Shown here: in pieces, positions 18,082 to 28,923 of the stretch | Position numbering within the stretch: the first letter of the stretch is position 1 | Layout of the letters: each line of letters opens with the position of its first letter | Virus record (IMG/VR): IMGVR_UViG_3300035425_000025 | Span: 1-64,000 of that record | Length of the DNA: 64,000 nt | From: a virus | Taxonomy: Duplodnaviria; Caudoviricetes | Direction: 5' to 3' (one strand) | Translations under genes and position numbers: made by a program | The notes under the pieces: generated by a model | What the model saw: only the letters and a program-made list of their open reading frames with translations | Told to the model about the DNA's origin: nothing | Database searches by the model: none

Positions 18082-20841
18082 TTATTTTGTCAACTTGGTT
18101 GAATTTTTCTTTTTTTGATACATCTTTTTATTATGTTCTTTTCGTTCTTGCTGCAAACAATCATCACACCTGATTCTTTTACTGTTAGTAAGAACTTCAA
18201 GCCATTCACCGCAATCAATACATTTAATAAATTTAGTCTTCTCCACTTCAATATTTCTTTCCAAATTATTTACAATATATTGTCCATAACAGAACCATAA
18301 TAACTGTTTATATCGTTTTCCTTTACCATATAGATATTCTACTAACATATCTGTGATAGTTTCTTCTGAATATCCAAACATAGCAAATTCTTTTCGTATT
18401 TTACAAGCAATATATCTGAGATTATCTATATATTCATCTTTCATATTGATCATATAACGGTATTGTTTGTTTAACTCATCATATAAATCAGATACCTCTT
18501 TACTACAAATAATTTGGAGATTAGACATCATATGTTTATAATTGATACTATCTAATTTCAAACCACGAGTATTTATAGGCTTATTAGGAATTCTCTCATA
18601 TATCTTATTTACAAAACTTTCATTACGCTTTTTTACTTGTGATTTTTCTTTATCCTTTGCATATTCAAAGAAAGCTGGCAATTTGCAATTTATGTATTTA
18701 GCAATCTGTTCATTTATTTCATGAGGAAATTCTGGTTTATATAAGGTCTTTGCGTAGTCGATCACAAAATTATTTTGACAACATAATCTCTTTACACAAT
18801 CAATTGCTTCCGATTTTTCTGCATCGGTTCCAGAAATAAATACATCATCATTCCATATCTTAGAAATATTATTACTGTAAATACCAATATTCCCACCCGT
18901 AAAAGCAGCATTAAGTCCAGCATAGATATTCTTATTGTTAAGCTGAGTTGGTTCTGCCTTTCGCATATTATAGTAGAGTGGTACAATACCATTCATATTA
19001 CGCTCTGCAATTCTTACAAAATCTTTATCAGCAACAACGAGACTTTTATCTCCGTCAACATCATACATCAAAATTTTACTGATTAGATCATGTGTGCTGG
19101 CATAAATTCCATCAGTAGTAAACCATTCTCTGATATATTTTGACCTGTCTCCATAAACTTCATTGGCAACATTAAAGCGAATTGCGTGTTCCTTGTATAG
19201 ATGAGGACTTCTTAAACAATCCAATTTTTCATATCGCTTAAATAACCAACAGAATACTTCTTTATCACTTAGTAAACCAGTAGGAGTATCAATATGTCCA
19301 AACCAATACTCACAAGCAGCATAGAAATCAGGTAGTAAAAAAGTGTATTTCCCATTTACTTCAAGTTTCCCGCTACGATATTTCTTTAAGAGACTGTTCT
19401 TTACTTCACGGATCACATCTTTGGCATATGAATCATTCAGCAAAGCAGGGTACATTTTAACTGCTTTCTGGAATGCAGTCATATTTGTGTTATACGGTGT
19501 AATGCCCAAAATATCCATCATAGTATCTTTAGAACTACAAACATTGCTGATCCGTTCCGCTGATTTCTGTGTAAGTAAATAAATTTCACCATCAGTAATA
19601 TTTGTAAGCGTCTGAAGCATCTGATAATTTATTTTGGCATTTTTAATCCTATCTTCTTCAACATTACATTTACCGGCACTACAATGATACTTTTTGAAAT
19701 CATCTTTGTACTCATCCCATGAGTCATAATATTTGTACATCTTGAACTGACTTTTCGTAAAGATAACCTGTATATCCTCTTTAATAACATCGTATTCCTG
19801 ACCATAAATGTCTGTAATAATAGGAGAGTAGTTATTAACTTCTATAAACTTCCTAAAATTGAACACACCTAATAATCCCTTAATCCAGGGCGCACGGAAC
19901 ATAAAGTTTTTACTGGAAACTGACGGCAGAATCATACCAGCTCCGTCAGTATGAGGAATTGGCACATAATCAGTTTTTCTTGTAATTGAATAATCAGTCT
20001 CATCTACAAAGTCAAAAGTATCATATACATTAGTCTCAAAATCATCAATGACAATGGATTTATCAATATCAAATTCATTCCACTCATCAGTAGCAGAGTT
20101 TGTTAAAGCCATATAAGCCAGATGCTTATTGACATTGTTTCCACCTTTTGAATTAATTTTATCTATTGTAAGACCACACATAACAGTCTTTTCAATCTCA
20201 TTCCATACAGATTCTTTAACAAATACTGCCTTCTTTTTACGGATCTGTCCTGCTGAAGAAGTAAAATACTTATATTTTTCGCCTTTATATGTAAATCCAT
20301 AAAAGGATATATCCTTAAACACATCAAAATAGTAAACCTGAACCACCATTAGAGCATCAGTTAATTCATCCTGTTTAATACCAATGGTTCTACTGAGAGC
20401 AGAGTCAAACACAGATATTATATTTGTATCATTCAAACTGTCTTTTTTGATTGTACGAGTATGATCTTTTCCATCTGTTAATTCATTCTGATTAACTTTA
20501 TTAGATAAAAGAGTAAGCAACTTTGCTTTTGACTCTTTCGCTTTTTCTCTTTTATGCTTAATTAACCTTGCCCAATGTAAATATTCAGAAACAGTGTCAT
20601 AAGAAGATTCAGTAATATTAACTTCTTCTGTTTTATCATTTTTTAAGTTTTTAATATCATCTTCTGTATATCCAAACTGTTTCAACTGCTTTTCAATTTC
20701 TGGTAATTTATTCTGGACATAATTACGTTCTCTGCGATATTTGCAATTCATATTATGTAAATATTTCTCATGATTGCTGTAAAAATGCCCAGTATCTACA
20801 GAATACATATTATATTGCTTATCAAGTATATATACCACCAC
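18082..20841 (-). CDS. yonO: Single-subunit RNA polymerase, SPbeta YonO-like
   Basis: 919 aa; HTDGAGMI, FRAPWIKG, LRSPHL and catalytic YDVDGD; upstream of HU, phosphoesterase and terminase as in SPbeta. Confidence 0.85.
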   Translation of the reverse strand: MVVYILDKQYNMYSVDTGHFYSNHEKYLHNMNCKYRRERNYVQNKLPEIEKQLKQFGYTEDDIKNLKNDKTEEVNITESSYDTVSEYLHWARLIKHKREKAKESKAKLLTLLSNKVNQNELTDGKDHTRTIKKDSLNDTNIISVFDSALSRTIGIKQDELTDALMVVQVYYFDVFKDISFYGFTYKGEKYKYFTSSAGQIRKKKAVFVKESVWNEIEKTVMCGLTIDKINSKGGNNVNKHLAYMALTNSATDEWNEFDIDKSIVIDDFETNVYDTFDFVDETDYSITRKTDYVPIPHTDGAGMILPSVSSKNFMFRAPWIKGLLGVFNFRKFIEVNNYSPIITDIYGQEYDVIKEDIQVIFTKSQFKMYKYYDSWDEYKDDFKKYHCSAGKCNVEEDRIKNAKINYQMLQTLTNITDGEIYLLTQKSAERISNVCSSKDTMMDILGITPYNTNMTAFQKAVKMYPALLNDSYAKDVIREVKNSLLKKYRSGKLEVNGKYTFLLPDFYAACEYWFGHIDTPTGLLSDKEVFCWLFKRYEKLDCLRSPHLYKEHAIRFNVANEVYGDRSKYIREWFTTDGIYASTHDLISKILMYDVDGDKSLVVADKDFVRIAERNMNGIVPLYYNMRKAEPTQLNNKNIYAGLNAAFTGGNIGIYSNNISKIWNDDVFISGTDAEKSEAIDCVKRLCCQNNFVIDYAKTLYKPEFPHEINEQIAKYINCKLPAFFEYAKDKEKSQVKKRNESFVNKIYERIPNKPINTRGLKLDSINYKHMMSNLQIICSKEVSDLYDELNKQYRYMINMKDEYIDNLRYIACKIRKEFAMFGYSEETITDMLVEYLYGKGKRYKQLLWFCYGQYIVNNLERNIEVEKTKFIKCIDCGEWLEVLTNSKRIRCDDCLQQERKEHNKKMYQKKKNSTKLTK

Positions 20842-20917
20842 CTAACATTCTTTCGATTGTGTCTATCATATTTTGGACATTCTGTTTTTTAAATTCAATA
20901 CTTACGTCTGGATATAT

Positions 20918-21169
20918 CTACTCAGTTTGTATTGTTACATTAAAATAATTGCAAATTTCTCTTATTTTAACGAGAAAATTTTCTTTTTCCTTTGTTATTG
21001 TGAACCGTTTATAAGGAGTTGTATAACAACAATATTCCTTAACAATATCATCAGGCCTAAAGCGTGTTAATTTATGTTTTTTTATTTTTGTTTGAATAAG
21101 ATATTCACAAATAGGAATATAATTTTTCTTTATATTTCCATCCTTTTTACAAAATGTGCAAAGATTCAT
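20918..21169 (-). CDS. Hypothetical protein
   Basis: 83 aa, GGAG RBS contained in a palindromic site. Confidence 0.6.
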   Translation of the reverse strand: MNLCTFCKKDGNIKKNYIPICEYLIQTKIKKHKLTRFRPDDIVKEYCCYTTPYKRFTITKEKENFLVKIREICNYFNVTIQTE

Positions 21170-21184
21170 TTTATATTACTCCAA

Positions 21185-21200
21185 TGAAATTTCTATTCTA
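21185..21200 (-). repeat. 16-bp palindromic cassette-boundary site
   Basis: Minus strand reads TAGAA-TAGAAA-TTTCA then TTGGAG. Confidence 0.55.
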
Positions 21201-21321
21201 TCTAATTCGACAATTCCAATTGTTCTTATCAATAAACCACTCGCTATTCCACCAACATATATAAATACATTGTGGTAGATTATGTATTATTGGAATAATC
21301 CATTTTGGTTTCATCATGACT

Positions 21322-21522
21322 TTATTCTCCCATAGTCTTAATATCAAATCCTATCCACTCTAATAAATCCCTCATACCATGAAAACATTCATAGTGACGA
21401 TACTCACCGTCCAAGTTTTTAATATATTCTTCTCCATCGCAAATTCCATCACCACAAGAAGAGCAGTAGTGTAATGTTTTTCTAGGTGTGTAATTTGGGC
21501 ACATGGAATGACAAGGATTCAT
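21322..21522 (-). CDS. Cys-rich small protein
   Basis: C..C/CSSC/C motifs, 66 aa. Confidence 0.65.
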   Translation of the reverse strand: MNPCHSMCPNYTPRKTLHYCSSCGDGICDGEEYIKNLDGEYRHYECFHGMRDLLEWIGFDIKTMGE

Positions 21523-21539
21523 TTTACATATCTCACAGA

Positions 21540-21974
21540 TTAAGCAACACCTCCCACACCATATTTCTCTATTCGTTCATGTACATATCCGTCATTGGTT
21601 GTATAGTAAATATCTTTAATTCCAAGATCCTTAATTGCTGCCATACAGGAAGGACAAGGACGTGATAATCCAAACGGCTGATCCTTGCGAATCCTATATA
21701 TGTATAACTTGACTTTTGAAAAGTTAATATTCAAATGTCTGATAGAATTTATACAGTTAATTTCTGCGTGTAACTTTGGTAACATATTTTCCGATGGCTT
21801 TCGATACTTATTATATTTTTTCTGTATTGGATGAGTCTTATTACAGTTGCAACCGATGCCAATGATATTGCCTTGATAAACGGACACACATCCAATGTGG
21901 GTTTTATAATAATCAGATATACTGGCAGTCTGTCTTGCCTTGTCAAAATATCTATAATCACTTTTGGTCAACAT
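21540..21974 (-). CDS. Zinc-dependent cytidine/dCMP-type deaminase
   Basis: LHAEINC and RPCPSC motifs. Confidence 0.85.
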   Translation of the reverse strand: MLTKSDYRYFDKARQTASISDYYKTHIGCVSVYQGNIIGIGCNCNKTHPIQKKYNKYRKPSENMLPKLHAEINCINSIRHLNINFSKVKLYIYRIRKDQPFGLSRPCPSCMAAIKDLGIKDIYYTTNDGYVHERIEKYGVGGVA

Positions 21975-22409
21975 TTATCCTGCCAGTCTTTCCTGTTCAA
22001 ATAACTCATTACCACGATCAAAACACGCAAGTTCATATTCGTATCTTTCTACAAAGTAATCAAAATATTTTTTGCCGTTTCCCTTATCGGTGACAGTGGC
22101 ACAATGATGTACAATTCGGCAGATATTCTCTATAATGGACTCTCTAGTTCCTGATATGTATTGTGTATCAACCTTCTTAGAAGATATCTTCATCCGATCC
22201 TCCAAATCGGTACGATTTAACCACATAGAAAGAGCATATTTATCTTCATGTTTATCAAAGTGATACGCACATTCAACAATATAGTTCTCATATCCAAAAT
22301 CAGATAATTCAATCGTAATTGTGTTGCCTTTAAATTGGGGTTGCATCAGTTCTTTTAAGCTTCTCTTCATTAACATTTTTAAACATCCTCCATATTTTAA
22401 GTTGTACAT
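21975..22409 (-). CDS. Hypothetical protein
   Basis: Co-oriented ORF abutting the deaminase. Confidence 0.7.
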   Translation of the reverse strand: MYNLKYGGCLKMLMKRSLKELMQPQFKGNTITIELSDFGYENYIVECAYHFDKHEDKYALSMWLNRTDLEDRMKISSKKVDTQYISGTRESIIENICRIVHHCATVTDKGNGKKYFDYFVERYEYELACFDRGNELFEQERLAG

Positions 22410-22514
22410 TAGATTTTTTAGTATAAAATTTCACAGTCGATAATTTTATCAATAAGTACATTAGAATTTTCTACGCTAATGTACACCATTTGATTCCTGA
22501 CAAATAACGGTATC

Positions 22515-22760
22515 TCAGTTGTATTTACTTGCCTGATATTTTCTCATACGTTCACCAGCAGCAATTTTCTGTTCTTCAGATAGTTCTCTTTTCTTTGCTC
22601 TGAAACTGATCAGAGTCTTATCTTCAACACGATATGTTTTTCCTCTACCTGTATCTGCGATAAGAGAGTATATATCTGGACTTGTCTTGCATAGTTTATC
22701 TAACTTTGTCATATATGTAGTATCTGAGGTATAGATTGTGGCAGAATCTTCATCTCTCAT
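22515..22760 (-). CDS. Hypothetical protein
   Basis: 81 aa, co-oriented. Confidence 0.65.
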   Translation of the reverse strand: MRDEDSATIYTSDTTYMTKLDKLCKTSPDIYSLIADTGRGKTYRVEDKTLISFRAKKRELSEEQKIAAGERMRKYQASKYN

Positions 22761-22862
22761 AAAATTGATACATCTTCCTGTTCTGAAACGGATACTGAAT
22801 TTAATGGTTTTGGTTCTTCAATAGTTATTTCTTCATTTTCATCAATATTTATGTATCCAGAT

Positions 22863-23081
22863 TTACTTGCCATAATTTTTATTCCTTTCAATACCTTCTC
22901 GATTTTTCTTCCAAAGTTTTTCTTCTCTTTGCTTATCTGCTTCTATACGACTTGCTATCTGAGATCCGTTTGTATTATCTTTTCCTCGATAATCCGTGTT
23001 AAAATCTGATGGAAAAATTAATCCTCCAAATTTTGTGTGATCTACTTCATAAATTCCATATCTGTTAGTTGTCTGTGTCAT
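22863..23081 (-). CDS. Hypothetical protein
   Basis: 72 aa, AAGGAG upstream. Confidence 0.6.
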   Translation of the reverse strand: MTQTTNRYGIYEVDHTKFGGLIFPSDFNTDYRGKDNTNGSQIASRIEADKQREEKLWKKNREGIERNKNYGK

Positions 23082-23193
23082 TAGTTACTGTGATTTCTCC
23101 TTTTCTGTTTGTTAATTTTTAATGTAATATGCATGATAATTCTCCTTTTGATTGAAATATTTGTGTTGACATTGTGATATCTACAATATATTT

Positions 23194-24000
23194 CTACATT
23201 TTCTTTTGTGATTCTTCTAAAATATCAAGCTGTTTTTGAATTTCTATTCTGTAATCATAATTAGAATCTATTTCCTGATTCCCTTTTTCGTCTTTTGTAA
23301 AATGCATATAATCAGCAAATACTTTTGGAGTAGTAAGAAACCTATATTTATCATCTTGTTTTTTATATCTGATCCGTTTACCTTCTTGAAACTTGATAAT
23401 ATCCATTACATCTAACATTTCTACAATCCGAGATATGTAGCGTTCTGATAATCCAATATCCTCTGTAATTTTTTGATACAGCCGGTAGCAACACAAGGGT
23501 TTATCTGGATTGCGATTCATATTTACACGAAGATAAGAGAGGAGTAGTAGGATATAAGCTGAAGACATTCGGAGTAAGTCAATTTCCTCATCGTTAATTT
23601 TTACACCTTTTAATTCTTCTTTGAAATTTAGGATCTTTTCTAATTCATCAAAATAGATAATTCCAAAATTATCAGGTATATCAAATTTTTCTGTGTTGAT
23701 TTGGATATTGTAATAATCTGTAGAATTTTTCTTCTCTTTTGCCAGTTTCTCAAAATCAGGATAAGATTTTAAATAATCATAGTGAGAGAGTAGTTCTAGT
23801 ACTTCCAGATATTTATGATTAATCTTTCCATCGTGATAATTAGGTTTTAAGTGTGACCAGTGGCACAGTTCCGAAATACTGAATGCCACTGTATCATCTA
23901 AGGTTCTACGGGAACACAGGTAAGAAAATATGATTACTCGCTTATCACCAAGTTCTTTGTTGTAGATTATTTCTCGTGGTATCTTTACATAGTTAGGCAA
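23194..24000 (-). CDS. Hypothetical DNA-binding protein (possible replication initiator)
   Basis: 268 aa with two winged-HTH-like segments; function is inference. Confidence 0.4.
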   Translation of the reverse strand: MPNYVKIPREIIYNKELGDKRVIIFSYLCSRRTLDDTVAFSISELCHWSHLKPNYHDGKINHKYLEVLELLSHYDYLKSYPDFEKLAKEKKNSTDYYNIQINTEKFDIPDNFGIIYFDELEKILNFKEELKGVKINDEEIDLLRMSSAYILLLLSYLRVNMNRNPDKPLCCYRLYQKITEDIGLSERYISRIVEMLDVMDIIKFQEGKRIRYKKQDDKYRFLTTPKVFADYMHFTKDEKGNQEIDSNYDYRIEIQKQLDILEESQKKM

Positions 24001-24012
24001 GTTATCACCTGC

Positions 24013-24621
24013 CTATGCTACAAACGGATTGATCTCACCATTATCCGTAATTCGCAAATATTCCGTTAATGCTCTACATCTCTCAGGACTAAGAATTCCT
24101 TTATCACGTTTAGAAATCATGCCATTGATACATTCTTTTACATACCAATTAGAAGGTGTCCAATAACTAGCAAATTCTTTTGCTTGCGCATATGTACTAT
24201 TTTCTTCCTCAAACTTTTCCATACTTAAATCATGCCAAGTATCTAAGTCAAAATGAGTTGCTATATCTCCATAAATCTTTTTGAAAAGAAAATGTGAGAA
24301 TAAAACATATTCACAAGAATCTTTATCATGACCGAATAATTCCCATACTCTCGCTTTGCATAATTTATTAAAATTTCTTTTTCTCTTTGAGTGGAATGGT
24401 GAACAAATCACATTGGTATTTTTTTCTAAACTTTCTACTTTTGTTTTTGTTGAATTAATATCACCAGTTAGAATCTCAATTTTTGCGTCTCTTTTCTTAT
24501 TTTGATTGTTTATAATCTTGAGAGCTTCAATTACACCATTTTGAGAATTAGCTAATATCTCATCAATATTGGTACTTTCATTTTCATAGTTATTGTTTTC
24601 GCAATTCATTAAATTTTCCAT
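24013..24621 (-). CDS. ORF6C-domain protein (antirepressor-type)
   Basis: C-terminal IYGDIA.HF....W.DL...FE...A.EF..YW.P pattern. Confidence 0.6.
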   Translation of the reverse strand: MENLMNCENNNYENESTNIDEILANSQNGVIEALKIINNQNKKRDAKIEILTGDINSTKTKVESLEKNTNVICSPFHSKRKRNFNKLCKARVWELFGHDKDSCEYVLFSHFLFKKIYGDIATHFDLDTWHDLSMEKFEEENSTYAQAKEFASYWTPSNWYVKECINGMISKRDKGILSPERCRALTEYLRITDNGEINPFVA

Positions 24622-24637
24622 ATGTAATATCCTTTCT

Positions 24638-25687
24638 TTACTGAGTTTCTACAATATCATCATATCTGTTTGTTAATAGTTTCTTCATTTCATAAGACCA
24701 ATTATCAAGTTTTGTAATAATATCTTCTAAATTACTTACACATACATCACTGGAATCTAAAGTTTCCATACAACGCTTAAATTTAATTGGCGCAAGTTCA
24801 TCTTCTAATAGTTTCTGTAATCTTACAGTTAAACCAGCTAATTCAGTAGCAGAATTTATTTGTCTACCCAAATCTGACTTCTGTTTTGTGAGAAATTCAA
24901 TTTCAGTTTTCAACTTGTTATACTTATCAGATTCTTCTTGATTAAGTTTGACTTTTCTTTCCAATAAACTTTTTTCTGATTTTAAATCAGAAATTTGTCT
25001 TTCTAATTCTTTAACTTTTGGATTATCAGATTCAATCTGTTTGATCTTGTCAATATACTGTTGTACTTCTCTTTTTGTAATCTTTTGTGTAATATCCATA
25101 GATTTAACAAAATCTTCTTGCTCGCTAGGCGACATATACTTAATAAGTGCAATAGCAGTAGTAGGTGCAAGAATACCTGTTTCGACCCAATCCTGTAACT
25201 CTGGAACTAATTCTGTTAATTTCTTATAATTTTGAAGAGTATCTACAGAAATACCAATCATTTCTGCGATGTCTGATTGATATAAGACATCCCCACCCGA
25301 AAGTTTCGGCTCGGATTGACCAGCACTGCCATCTCTAACTCCATAAATTCGTTCCAGCTCCTTAATACATCTACCTAATTTAATGGGATTAGGGTTCCCA
25401 ATACCTCTTTGACGAATATTTGTTTCAATGAGATCCTTTAAAACTTTGTCTTCTTTGTCATACTTACGAATATCAACCATGATAGTTTCAATTCCAAGTT
25501 CTTTAGCAGCTCTTACCCGTTGATGTCCTGATACAATAACCATATTTTGTGTTACTACAATAGGTTCAATAATTCCTGATGATTCGATAGATTCTAAAAA
25601 TGCTTTCCAAGAATCACCTGTAATATCATCAAAAAATTCATTGTTACGTGGATGTGATCTCAATTCATTAATGTTAATCTGTTGCAT
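24638..25687 (-). CDS. ParB/Spo0J-like protein
   Basis: LESIESSGIIEPIVV...SGHQRVRAA..LG ParB box, HTH and coiled coil. Confidence 0.8.
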   Translation of the reverse strand: MQQININELRSHPRNNEFFDDITGDSWKAFLESIESSGIIEPIVVTQNMVIVSGHQRVRAAKELGIETIMVDIRKYDKEDKVLKDLIETNIRQRGIGNPNPIKLGRCIKELERIYGVRDGSAGQSEPKLSGGDVLYQSDIAEMIGISVDTLQNYKKLTELVPELQDWVETGILAPTTAIALIKYMSPSEQEDFVKSMDITQKITKREVQQYIDKIKQIESDNPKVKELERQISDLKSEKSLLERKVKLNQEESDKYNKLKTEIEFLTKQKSDLGRQINSATELAGLTVRLQKLLEDELAPIKFKRCMETLDSSDVCVSNLEDIITKLDNWSYEMKKLLTNRYDDIVETQ

Positions 25688-26193
25688 TTGTAAAAATTCC
25701 TTTCCTTAATTAAAATTGATTTATAGTTACATAGAACAAGTTTTGTTCTAACTTGTATTTCTACATTTCAAATATAAAATCACCTTGATTCTTTTATAAA
25801 ATAATTTTCATATACAATTTCTCTCAAATGCGTTTAGGTCTGCTACTGAAGACCCAAATACAATCCTTTTCTTCATTTGGGTCCGCTGTGGGGGTCATTT
25901 TGTGTAAGTCAATATCTAAATAGACTCATATTATCAAGAGAAGATATATTCGTAACTTATTTCGCTATCGCTTAATAAGTTACTCTCTTAAAACTTTTTG
26001 ATTGTTGTTGGTTAATGATTGATTTTTTATTATTAATTATTGATGATATAGTAGTAGTGGTTATTTATGTATTCTCTTTTCTCGGATATAAAATTCCTTG
26101 TATGTATATAAACCGTATTCATTATGTATTTTTTCTCCTTAATAGTTATTTCTCTATTGAAGATTCCATTTATAGAAAAATCTCTTAGTAAAA

Positions 26194-26382
26194 TCAATCA
26201 AAGTATTCAAGGACTTCAGCAAAAATAGCTGTTAAGTCCTTTTTGATTTCTGCTTTATCTGCTTTGAAGGCATCTATATCTATGGTTACAGTGATTCCAT
26301 GAGATATTGTTTCACCTTTACCATTTTTGATGGTTGGTTTTTCAAATGTAAATTTTTGAGGTATGATAGTTAGTTTTGCCAT
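26194..26382 (-). CDS. Small hypothetical protein
   Basis: 62 aa, AAGGAG RBS. Confidence 0.65.
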   Translation of the reverse strand: MAKLTIIPQKFTFEKPTIKNGKGETISHGITVTIDIDAFKADKAEIKKDLTAIFAEVLEYFD

Positions 26383-26687
26383 AAAACTATTTTCTCCTTT
26401 GATTTTTATAAGTTTTTAGTTCTTGATCATTACTTCTACATTTCGTTTCTGAAAATACTAAAAATTTTGAATCTATATTTTTAGCAAATAGAAGAGTACA
26501 TAACCAATAAATAAAATATGTAAAATATACCCCCTATGTACACGTGATATAATTTTGTGTTTTTTAGAAGAGTGGTATATAGGATATTTATTATTTCTCC
26601 ATTTGAATTGATAAGATTTGTAAGTTTTGAATATTAGATAAAAAAATAAGACAGATGATTTCTCACCTGTCTTTAGAGAACATATGA

Positions 26688-27722
26688 TTATTCTGTTATA
26701 TTTTCTGCCACAAGCCAATTTGATTCTGGTTTTGCTATAAGTCTTGCATCCATATATGCCATTTCCATTGATAGACATGTAGTTGCCTGATAATACCCAT
26801 TTTTCATTAAGTCTAATACTAAGGCAACATTAGGAGTATCATCTTTCCCAAAACATAATGGAACAAGCAGTTGTATTTTATTTTGATAATAGTGTGGAAC
26901 TGCTAATTTATAATTGGCTATTACTTTTTGAATGGCAGTATCTATAACCCCTTTTAAGGTTTCTAATGGTCTATCACTATTTTTTATAGAGTCTGGCAAC
27001 CTTTGTGATGTACTTAAATCATCAAGGATATGTTTATAATTCTTATTTACATTAAGATGCCAATTAAATACTAATCTTGACGGATCAGAAAAGTAATCAG
27101 CTCTTTCTGGAAATTTTTCAATATCAAGATTACCCAACTCATAAGTGTCCTTAAATTCCTTAAAATACCATTTTGCAGAATTTTCAGATACATTTTTATT
27201 AATTTCACCATAAGCATATATTGGTTCATAGTATTTGGAAAATAATCCAGTATCAAAGGCACAATATGTATCAGTTTCTATTACCTTATTTTCTTCCTGT
27301 AATTTTATAAATGTATATTTTAAATAATTCTTTAGAATATAATTATCATTTTTGTCTTCAAAACTCCATTTTTCAGGCAATGCCTTATCTGCTAATTTTT
27401 GAATTTGTAAGTTATAATCTCCCCAGTACATATAGTTATAAATATCAATAATTTCCATGCAGCTACCCTCCGTTGATAAAGATAATGCTTGTTTGATTAT
27501 ATCATATTTTCTGGAAACAGAAAAGAAAGACTCAGAAAAGTTTATCTCTCCTATAAAGAAATCGTATGGAATATCATGATAATTCATTATAGTTATAGGA
27601 ATTAGTCCTTTCTTAATCTTTGCTTTGGAATATGCATCTCTTTCGTTGTTAGCATAGATAACCATAATGTCGGTAAAAATTGATTGATATTCCTTTGTTA
27701 CTGGTACTAAATAAGTATTCAT
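26688..27722 (-). CDS. DUF3825-domain protein
   Basis: FDTGL...YEPIYA, LAVPHYY..KIQLLVPLC, ATTCL..EMAY.DARLI.KP...WL. Confidence 0.75.
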   Translation of the reverse strand: MNTYLVPVTKEYQSIFTDIMVIYANNERDAYSKAKIKKGLIPITIMNYHDIPYDFFIGEINFSESFFSVSRKYDIIKQALSLSTEGSCMEIIDIYNYMYWGDYNLQIQKLADKALPEKWSFEDKNDNYILKNYLKYTFIKLQEENKVIETDTYCAFDTGLFSKYYEPIYAYGEINKNVSENSAKWYFKEFKDTYELGNLDIEKFPERADYFSDPSRLVFNWHLNVNKNYKHILDDLSTSQRLPDSIKNSDRPLETLKGVIDTAIQKVIANYKLAVPHYYQNKIQLLVPLCFGKDDTPNVALVLDLMKNGYYQATTCLSMEMAYMDARLIAKPESNWLVAENITE

Positions 27723-28539
27723 AATTTTTATCTCCTTTGCTCACTTTTTATATCTTTATATTCTCTGTATGGATGAAATTTTTATTAAAAATTTTTGTGA
27801 TGAGATAAATTGAATATGATGTAAAAATTTTATGAGTTCGGTGAGAGAGTAGTTTTGATATGTTGATGGAATGTAAAAGTACTGATTTTACTGGATATTT
27901 TAAGATTTTGATGAATGATTTTTAAGTGTGATTTTGTATAAAATTTCTTTCAGGAAATGCAATTTTAGAGCAAGTTCGGAATAATGCTTATTTTTCAAGG
28001 GTTTTGGAAGATTTTTGGGTTGTATTTTTGAGTTTTGGAGAGGGATTAAATTGTCAGAAAATTTATATTATATTGATTTGTAAGGATTTTGAGAAATGGC
28101 ACCGAATAAGTTTCCGAATTGATTTTATGAATTGTTTGTGTTTCGGACACAATTTTTAAAGGTGACGTATGGATGGAATAGATAGGGGCTTTTTGGTAAA
28201 TGGGTATTTATTTGAAAATGTAAACCCACCGGGGCTATAAAACATACAGTAATAGTATAGTATTATGATATGTTTAAGTTACACTTTGCCCATTTTTGCA
28301 ACTTAATACAAACATATATTCTGTCAAGTAAAAATACTTTACAATGATATTGTCTAGGCATCTGTCAAGTAATTTTGCTTGACGAGTTCGATGCATAAAA
28401 TTAAATATATCAAAATGCTATTTTATATACCATAATGCTACTTCCATATTATCCAACATTATCACAATATCACCATTAAAAATATATCATAATGCTATCT
28501 AATATATCAAAATGCCACACAACCATGTTACATTTATTA

Positions 28540-28755
28540 TTAATCCTTTTTCCCCTGAATATATCCGTCTCTTTCCAGCTTCTCAACGATTGCGGTAGTA
28601 GTCCATCTATTCCGGTTCATGCCACTATCAGCCATAGCTTTTTCAACTTCCCGATATATCTCAATAGGGTACTTTACGCTGTATTGTTTCATGTTCTCAG
28701 CGTCATATTTTGCCTGATATTCACTTTGTTTCTTTCTATTTGACATATTATACAT
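28540..28755 (-). CDS. Ribbon-helix-helix (Arc/CopG-like) regulator
   Basis: QYSVKYP.E.Y.EV..A.....MNRN.W...AI pattern; AAAAGGA RBS. Confidence 0.65.
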   Translation of the reverse strand: MYNMSNRKKQSEYQAKYDAENMKQYSVKYPIEIYREVEKAMADSGMNRNRWTTTAIVEKLERDGYIQGKKD

Positions 28756-28792
28756 TCCTTTTCTAAAATCGTCTTAAATCGCATTTTAGCAC

Positions 28793-28923
28793 GTATTACC
28801 TAAGTTGTCAATCAATCAGTAAATTGCACAAAAATAACTAGGTAATACCTGAAATAATTGCGTATAATTTTGCTATAAAAATCTAGGTATTACGTTGACA
28901 ATCTAGGTAATACGTGTTATAAT
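28793..28923 (+). promoter_or_regulatory. Consensus sigma-A promoter with repeated CTAGGTA(A/T)TAC operators
   Basis: TTGACA(28895)-17-TATAAT(28918); operator copies near 28793 (inverted), 28847, 28883, 28903. Confidence 0.8.
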
